Below, one piece after another: positions 58,501 to 64,000 of a stretch of 64,000 bases of DNA; position 1 is the first letter of the stretch; every line of letters starts with the position of its first letter. A program made the position numbers and the translations under genes. The DNA comes from a virus (lineage: Duplodnaviria; Caudoviricetes), in the IMG/VR virus record IMGVR_UViG_3300032327_000348, positions 1 through 64,000 of that record. One strand, written 5' to 3'. The notes beneath the pieces were generated by a model. That model did not search any database and had not been told where the DNA came from. It saw nothing but the letters and a program-made list of their open reading frames with translations.

Positions 58501-59489
58501 GTTGGGTCGGGTCTCCATGTAAAATCAAACTTATTTTTATCTATATCGCAATAAACAGTCCAATTATCAGATGGCTTGAGAGCAACATCTTGTGACATAT
58601 GCTTGATGTTAGTCGCACCCGGAACGATATATTCTACTGTGGGTTTTAAATCACTACCATAATGTTTATTACCCCATTGATAGATATAATCAGGTTCTTT
58701 TGGATCGGGAATCCAACAATAGTCAAAATCAATAACATCTTCATGTGTAACCCAATGTTCTGTAGTGGGCAATAATGTTAATAAGTTTGACATGTACTTA
58801 CGTTCAGTAGCGCCCGGTACGTGATACTCTAATGTTGCTTGTGTCTCACCTGGAACATATTTGTTCCCCCACACATAGATATACGCAGGCTCACGTGGAT
58901 CAGGTCTCCATGACATATCAAATTTGTTTTTATCAACTTTATAAAATTCGACCCAACATTCACTATTAGGTAACAATTCTACAACATGATTCATATACTT
59001 GATTTGCGTTGCATTAGGAGTATGATACTCTAAGCAAGTTTTTAATTGTACGGGTGCAAATTTACTACCCCACTTATAGATATAAGGTGGATCAGTTGGG
59101 TCAGGATGCCAACTAAAATCAAATTTAGCACTATCAATTAAATCTAATTCTACCCAATGTTCTGTTTTAATATCTTTTCGTTTAACAATATCAACATCTG
59201 CACGATAGATAGTCAGTGGGTCATCGTTATCTGTGTTACACAACCAAGTGCCACTATCTTTTTGATGTTGACTTGGCCATACATTGTTATGTTCTTGTGC
59301 CCATACATCTTCGTCAGGCAAGAAATCAAAATCAAAATCCCAATCAAAATTTCGATAATCACATAATTCGTTAATTATCCAAAAATGTTCTGTAGTAGAT
59401 TGACTTCTAGCATCAGTTAAATCAATTGCGTGTCGTTCTCTTGGGTGGACATTCGGTTTTTTACCGTAATAAAATACATCTCTTAACAT
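55584..59489 (-). CDS. 1301-aa protein with ~67-aa W/Y/P-rich tandem repeats and C-terminal glycosyltransferase-like modules
   Basis: Repeat FDFxWRPDP..PPYIYVWGNK...EYHVPGAT..KYM; C-term DIVFLSNGE..ADENYE..RVDGVNG. Confidence 0.7.
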   Translation of the reverse strand: MLRDVFYYGKKPNVHPRERHAIDLTDARSQSTTEHFWIINELCDYRNFDWDFDFDFLPDEDVWAQEHNNVWPSQHQKDSGTWLCNTDNDDPLTIYRADVDIVKRKDIKTEHWVELDLIDSAKFDFSWHPDPTDPPYIYKWGSKFAPVQLKTCLEYHTPNATQIKYMNHVVELLPNSECWVEFYKVDKNKFDMSWRPDPREPAYIYVWGNKYVPGETQATLEYHVPGATERKYMSNLLTLLPTTEHWVTHEDVIDFDYCWIPDPKEPDYIYQWGNKHYGSDLKPTVEYIVPGATNIKHMSQDVALKPSDNWTVYCDIDKNKFDFTWRPDPTSPPYIYVWGNKYDPAEVKPTLEYTVPGATDKKYMGIVDLEPEWDRWQEIQPVDRNKFDFTWRPDPNLHEPPYIYVWGNKHVAGELQSTIEYHVPGATEYKYMSELVEVLPELDRWREIQPVDRTKFDFTWRPDPTSPPYIYVWGNKFYPAEQKPTIEYHVPGATEYKYMDIVDLAPEWDRWNIVIPIDMNSFDFRWRPDPNLYEPPMIYVFGNKWNDSATEPTVEYIVPGATIKKYMDYPLAIPKIDMSLWTVNNNDDLKTFDFSWRPNPHSPPQIYQWADNGPRYTVPGATEVVFMERTEETRKAVVNRYKIKTTLEDLILQHQDEVFWAINPDLNYDKFDFNWKPNEENFRHINVFGNDYSKNTQTYYVNAPLYMMGHREFNYVEDQKVEVDSNLSMFFVDKSNIESKYRFEELQKRYPKIQKTRYLNSWVDTINRCINKSETELCWILNSELDYTDFTFDYYPSPWQQKMVHVFGTQWSHWGTTFLVNKESFPEDTKYVKIIEHLNNLNFVKTKRALASNCIYDVYLIDYGNDNIDNIISLLENKTKKNVYTIEYDGDYLSTLKNMLYELGIKKDHYIWVCSSICDYTNFDFTYICDPFSLEQLHVFPSDKQKYGDTFFINVNRLRTLVEDLDTLENIDKINFNQHQQVKRLPAPSFITESDTHVSVTNTDFDWPYATFITSDNKEIKVVDNEPISLWSKESKNILITSTGGTCIVVPKEAKEYVNNELYDYPYIAKSNKLATSRPLDIVFLSNGETGADENYEHLLSVTKGLSNRVVRVDGVNGRVQAYHAAAEASNTPWMFTVFAKLRVNSRFDFSWQPDRLQVPKHYIFYASNPVNGLVYGHQAMIAYNKQITLGNIGKGLDFTLDNEHEVVELNSGVARYNTDEFSTWRTSFREAIKLKLDDSPVSRDRLKTWSTVGIGDFAQYSIDGATDAVEYYESFNGDLDKLRLSYDWPWLKEYFSNKYN
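57600..59130 (-). repeat. About eight coding repeats of ~200 bp
   Basis: 42-bp identity 57993/58194; 68-bp identity 58061/58466. Confidence 0.85.
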
Positions 59490-59499
59490 AGATACTTAC

Positions 59500-61005
59500 T
59501 TATGATATAACTTTAACATTATACATTAATTCAAAGCGATCGGCATCTTTTCGGTTATTTACCATTGGCTCACCGCGGATGTTTAGGCTAGTGTTCAATA
59601 ACATTGGACATCCTGTCATGATATACCATTTTTCAAGGAGTTCTCGTATTCCACTTCCATCTGACGGCACTGTCTGGACACGACTAGTCCCGTCGTGATG
59701 AACAATAGCAGGAAATAAGTCAGGTACCCTACAACGGGCGATTGACTGCATATACCTGCTGTTACTGAAACCATGAGGCATATCAAAATACATATCAGCA
59801 TACTCCTCCAGAATGACTGGCGCAAATGGTCTAAATTTTTGTCTTCGTTTAATTTCATTTACTTTGTCCTTGATTTCTGTTCCTCTAGGGTCTGCAAGTA
59901 GGCTTCTATTTCCCAAGGCTCTTGGTCCAAACTCGGCTCGGCCATTGGCTACACCCACTATTTTATCGGATATTAATATATCAAGTAAATTGTTTACGGG
60001 ATATTTACCATCTATGTTATATCCTAGGTATGCATTACTCCATTCTACTTTATACCCATATCCTAAACAGGCTGCTCCAAGACTAGAACCAGCATCGCCG
60101 GGATTAGGCATGATCCATATATTATCAAAATAATTACCTAATAATCTATTCGCTAAACAATTTAACGCAACACCGCCACCGTATACTAAGTTCTTACTAC
60201 TACCTAACATTCGTGCTTTGCTAATAACATTTTTAATAAGTTCTTCAGCAATCAGTTGTGCGCTACAGGCAATGTCCATATTATCAGCACCCTCAATGAA
60301 ATCATCAGGTACTCCTATGTGTAAATTGTTTCTAAAAGTAATATCTTTATATGATTTTACTAATGTGTCAGACATTTCTTTTAATTCTTTTGATAGATTA
60401 GATTTGCCGTATGCTGCCATACCCATCAGTATGTATTCTTCATCCAACGGTTTTAGTCCCACTCTTTGTGTCATAGCACTATAAAATAAACCAATGCTAT
60501 GTGGATATGTTTGTCCCCACAATTTTTTATATTGTGCCAAGCCGTTCTTATCGTACCACGCATCATAAATGCTAATGGTATCAAATTCACCAATAGCATC
60601 AATAACAACCACCGTGGCATCATCATGAGGACTTGTTTGAAACCCTGCTGCCGCGTGACTTAAGTGATGGTTGTGTGTATGAACTTTGCCACCACGACCA
60701 TCTTGAAGATGATGTAATAATCTAGTACCAATTAATTCTTTAACAGACAAATTAGATAATTTAGGCTTTTCACCTGAACGCACTTGTCGTAAAAATTTCA
60801 TCCACGGGCGTTCATAGTAATGTATTTCTACGTCACGTGATGTGAGGTATGATATAGCATCTTCTATTAAACCATAGCATAGGTATTTGTTATGTTTGCT
60901 TTTACTGTACCGTTCGCTATGACCAGCAAATAATATATTACCATTGTCATCGAGTACGCTCAATGCGGCATCATGGAAGCCGCATGATATTCCAATATAG
61001 TTCAT
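59500..61005 (-). CDS. Carbamoyltransferase (NodU/CmcH/TobZ family)
   Basis: HDAA, HHLSHAA, GGVALNC, EFGPRALGNRS, FRPFAP, LLNTSLN. Confidence 0.93.
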   Translation of the reverse strand: MNYIGISCGFHDAALSVLDDNGNILFAGHSERYSKSKHNKYLCYGLIEDAISYLTSRDVEIHYYERPWMKFLRQVRSGEKPKLSNLSVKELIGTRLLHHLQDGRGGKVHTHNHHLSHAAAGFQTSPHDDATVVVIDAIGEFDTISIYDAWYDKNGLAQYKKLWGQTYPHSIGLFYSAMTQRVGLKPLDEEYILMGMAAYGKSNLSKELKEMSDTLVKSYKDITFRNNLHIGVPDDFIEGADNMDIACSAQLIAEELIKNVISKARMLGSSKNLVYGGGVALNCLANRLLGNYFDNIWIMPNPGDAGSSLGAACLGYGYKVEWSNAYLGYNIDGKYPVNNLLDILISDKIVGVANGRAEFGPRALGNRSLLADPRGTEIKDKVNEIKRRQKFRPFAPVILEEYADMYFDMPHGFSNSRYMQSIARCRVPDLFPAIVHHDGTSRVQTVPSDGSGIRELLEKWYIMTGCPMLLNTSLNIRGEPMVNNRKDADRFELMYNVKVIS

Positions 61006-61007
61006 GC

Positions 61008-61109
61008 TTACTTGTAGATAAACGGATCTCGTTTTTTAAGTTCTTTAAGACGCTTGCGATAATAAATTTCCATTCGAATTTTATTTATTAAATTTTTAAT
61101 CCATTTCAT
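61008..61109 (-). CDS. 33-aa basic microprotein ending DPFIYK
   Basis: MKWIKNLINKIRMEIYYRKRLKELKKRDPFIYK with AAGGAG RBS; not in ORF track. Confidence 0.7.
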   Translation of the reverse strand: MKWIKNLINKIRMEIYYRKRLKELKKRDPFIYK

Positions 61110-61118
61110 ACTAACTCC

Positions 61119-62459
61119 TTATTGTGTTTTACATTCATCGTAGAATTTTGCTAGTTCAGGAAACGTATTAACAAAATTCAAATTTCGCTTGCTATCAAAG
61201 TCATCAAACCATGTAGCAAATCTTTGTTTAAGCATAGTATTGTCATTCTTATTGAATCTAATGCCATCACGTAGTTTAATTAAAAAATCAGTATAACCGG
61301 GCCATGTGCCAAATTTGTCACTAACATCTGGCATATCTACTGATATACTTTGCATCCAATCAATTGCAGGATCTAAGTAGTCAGCAAATTCAAAAGGAAG
61401 TATGAACGGTGATTGAACGTCGGGATGTGTCACTATATTTTGTTTAAGCATAACTGCTTTGTTATGTGTCTTAGATAAATCATAGACCCACTTGAGAAAC
61501 TTAGGGAATCTTGGTATGGCCAACGCAGTGACGCTTGGTAAGAATGCCAATTCAATATCAGCCTTACTAGCAAATAATTTATTTACATTACTTTCAAAAC
61601 GATTCCACTCTAATCCATTGCGAATATATTCAGCTTGGTCATTCAATGCTTCCATACTAATGTGAACTTCTAATATGAACTTTTCTGACAGTTTAGGAAT
61701 GTATTCTAAAAACTTGTTATAGTAATTGTTTGTGGCATTTAGATTAGTAACCACCCAGATTCTAGTTTTAGGAACTTCTTTGTCAGCGTATACTTCTAAC
61801 AACTTGTCTAGAAAATCATAGAACTCAGGTGTAATTAGTGGTTCGCCCCCAATTATACCTATTCTGTCTAATGAATGTTTTGCCTTAGTATTGACCCATT
61901 CCCAAAATAAATTAATGAATCTTTCATTGGGATTTGATTGTACTTGCTTGTATATTTCTATATTGATAGAGTTGTTCTTCAAACTTTCAGCAGCCCATTG
62001 ACTACTGTATACGTGATTGCAATACATACACTTCATGTCACAAGTGTTGCCTAGACTTACTTCAAGCATGAATGGATTGTTGCTTTCTAGTATTTTACTG
62101 TCTATCGTTACTTGATTAGCAATCTCTATAAGTGTAGGAGGGGTGAATTCCTGAAACATCTGATGTTTGTTGGCATAATCTATAAACCCATATGGATTGT
62201 TACCCCTTAAACTCTTTGCTCCTGCTTGTTCAAGGCTCCAACAGCTTTTACAATCAGAATGTTGTACGCCTTGAAGCATTTCCATTCTTCGTTTCTTCTG
62301 ATAATCAGTATTTAGAAAAATGTCTGTTCCATACTCATCCATCATTCCATCATTGATAGTTTGAAAGGGTGTCTTACAACAAGTGCGAATTTCATTTCGA
62401 GACAGGCTAAAGTTAGGGTACCCCCAACGCAGGTGACATACGGTATCTTCATTATTCAT
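61119..62459 (-). CDS. Radical SAM protein with N-terminal Cys-rich (twitch/SPASM-like) domain
   Basis: CDMKCMYC, GGEPL, N-terminal CC...CKSCW. Confidence 0.88.
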   Translation of the reverse strand: MNNEDTVCHLRWGYPNFSLSRNEIRTCCKTPFQTINDGMMDEYGTDIFLNTDYQKKRRMEMLQGVQHSDCKSCWSLEQAGAKSLRGNNPYGFIDYANKHQMFQEFTPPTLIEIANQVTIDSKILESNNPFMLEVSLGNTCDMKCMYCNHVYSSQWAAESLKNNSINIEIYKQVQSNPNERFINLFWEWVNTKAKHSLDRIGIIGGEPLITPEFYDFLDKLLEVYADKEVPKTRIWVVTNLNATNNYYNKFLEYIPKLSEKFILEVHISMEALNDQAEYIRNGLEWNRFESNVNKLFASKADIELAFLPSVTALAIPRFPKFLKWVYDLSKTHNKAVMLKQNIVTHPDVQSPFILPFEFADYLDPAIDWMQSISVDMPDVSDKFGTWPGYTDFLIKLRDGIRFNKNDNTMLKQRFATWFDDFDSKRNLNFVNTFPELAKFYDECKTQ

Positions 62460-62545
62460 AATTGTATTTAGTAACATGTTTTTGTAAAATTTATTAATTT
62501 ATGACTGAAAACAGCCCCTGATAAATACCATATAAAGGATTTGTG

Positions 62546-63589
62546 ATGGAGATAACACCTGGAAAACCCATAAGAACATATGGCGTGAACGGATCATGGA
62601 GAGATTGGTCAACTGACGAACTAGTTGGAGCAAAATTAAACTACTTAACTGATTGGAAGTGTGGGGCCGGCGTCGATAGTTTATTCATCGATATGGATGG
62701 TGGTGTTTGGACTGCCAGTTGCAGAGTGGGAGGTAAGTTGGGTAGTGTTTGGGATGATTTTAGTGTACCTGAAGATTGGATTAATTGTACTAAAAATGTC
62801 TGTAGTTGCGGTGCTGACTTGTTCATCCCAAAAACAAGTACACTAGAATACAAACCCTTATTGCGTAAGGGTCAAGATTTACCTACCCAGCACGAATTAC
62901 GAAATGATGAATTAACAGAATTTGTTGGTATGGAGCGCACTCATGCTAGTACACAAAAACAAGTGTACTGGGAAATAGGTCGTAGATGTAATTACGATTG
63001 TAGTTATTGCTGGCCCTGGATTCATAATAATACCGACCCACACAAGCCACTAGAAGATTTAATGAGGGCTACTCATTTGATTGAAACTAAATTCACCAAA
63101 GGTGAGAGTGTTAATTTCATTATTAGTGGTGGAGAACCAACCGTCAATAAAGATTTCTTAGATTGGTTACGATACTTAAATGCATGTGGACACCATGTGA
63201 GTTTACATAGCAACGGCTCACGATTACCTGACTATTACAAAGAGATTATTCATTATGGTGATTTGAACCTTAGTGTTCACTACGAGTTTTATGACCGTGC
63301 TAAATTTGTCAAGGTCGTTGAAGCAATTGCTAAAGAAAAATCTGAACACGGTGATTGTGGTCACTTAGAAGTTAAGTTCATGATGGCTCCGCATAATCGT
63401 GAGGAAACATTAAGTTTGGAAGCAGAATTAAAAGAATTGCCATTTTTCAAAGAATACTGTACATGGGCTATTGTTCCTATTCGCGGTGATTTGAATAACA
63501 AGACTAGTGCCCCTAATACAGGGTCGGGAAGTGAAGTCATGATTGGTTACACTAAAGAAGATTATATTTTGTTTGGGGATAGAAAATAA
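62546..63589 (+). CDS. Radical SAM protein with N-terminal Cys-rich domain
   Basis: CNYDCSYC, SGGEPT, SNG; N-terminal C..SC..C...CSCGAD. Confidence 0.88.
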   Translation: MEITPGKPIRTYGVNGSWRDWSTDELVGAKLNYLTDWKCGAGVDSLFIDMDGGVWTASCRVGGKLGSVWDDFSVPEDWINCTKNVCSCGADLFIPKTSTLEYKPLLRKGQDLPTQHELRNDELTEFVGMERTHASTQKQVYWEIGRRCNYDCSYCWPWIHNNTDPHKPLEDLMRATHLIETKFTKGESVNFIISGGEPTVNKDFLDWLRYLNACGHHVSLHSNGSRLPDYYKEIIHYGDLNLSVHYEFYDRAKFVKVVEAIAKEKSEHGDCGHLEVKFMMAPHNREETLSLEAELKELPFFKEYCTWAIVPIRGDLNNKTSAPNTGSGSEVMIGYTKEDYILFGDRK

Positions 63590-64000
63590 ATGGCAATGGA
63601 TAAAGACACCTGGATTGCAGAAAATCTAATTCCAAAAAATACTGAAGCAAACACGACCAGACGACCTAGAAATAATGTAAAATCTGTTGGAGTTAAAATT
63701 GGTCATCGAAAAACAAAGATGACATTATGTGTATTAGGTAGTTGGGCTATTTATATGCCTCCTTATAATTTAGCTAGACTAACTGGATTAATGCGTGAAG
63801 CCGGATACACTACTACAGTATATGATTTTAATGTGGAATCACACTATGCACTTAAAGAGGCTAATCCAGATTTAGATGATGCTTGGAACGGAGCAAACTA
63901 TTGGTGGTGGCAGGGTGACGAATATTATAAGCGAATTCATCCTACATATGAACCTATTCTTAAAGAATACTTAGAAATCTTATTAGATGACAATCCAGAT
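63590..64000 (+). CDS. Probable B12-binding radical SAM protein, 5' part
   Basis: PPYNLARLTGLMREAGYTTTVYDFN resembles the cobalamin-binding N-domain; truncated by window. Confidence 0.6.
   Translation, partial: MAMDKDTWIAENLIPKNTEANTTRRPRNNVKSVGVKIGHRKTKMTLCVLGSWAIYMPPYNLARLTGLMREAGYTTTVYDFNVESHYALKEANPDLDDAWNGANYWWWQGDEYYKRIHPTYEPILKEYLEILLDDNPD

Noticed and set aside
57990-58540. Near-identical DNA repeats suggesting a DGR template/variable pair or CRISPR array
   Set aside because: Repeats are in-frame coding units; no reverse transcriptase, adenine-specific mismatch pattern or unique spacers
1-64000. Alternative genetic code (TAG or TGA recoding)
   Set aside because: Long genes are intact in code 11; TAG and TGA end recognisable genes; only one internal TAG was found

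Overview
64 kb segment of a large AT-rich, T4-like (myovirus, probably jumbo and uncultured aquatic) phage genome, mostly on the minus strand. Virion genes: tail sheath 5' end, neck gp13/gp14, gp15, fibres, spanins. Replication/recombination genes: gp41 helicase, gp61 primase, UvsW/X/Y, gp32, a 193-aa DnaE-like core next to a DEDD exonuclease. Nucleotide metabolism: dNMP kinase, MazG, Nudix, ThyA. Also IscA, a MoxR/vWA pair and the start of a sugar/carbamoyl/radical-SAM modification island. Main observations: (1) a circularly permuted two-piece tmRNA gene of alphaproteobacterial type, missed by the ORF track; (2) a terminase large subunit fractured by an atypically split intein (33-aa IntN, 111-aa IntC) with a GIY-YIG endonuclease gene between the halves; (3) a covarying structured ~80-90 nt leader shared by both GIY-YIG genes and bracketed by inverted late-promoter motifs; (4) a CCC-TAA +1 frameshift candidate adding a zinc-finger tail to an HNH gene; (5) structured leaders ahead of gp32 and a virion gene. 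All calls come from reading motifs by eye; no searches were run.
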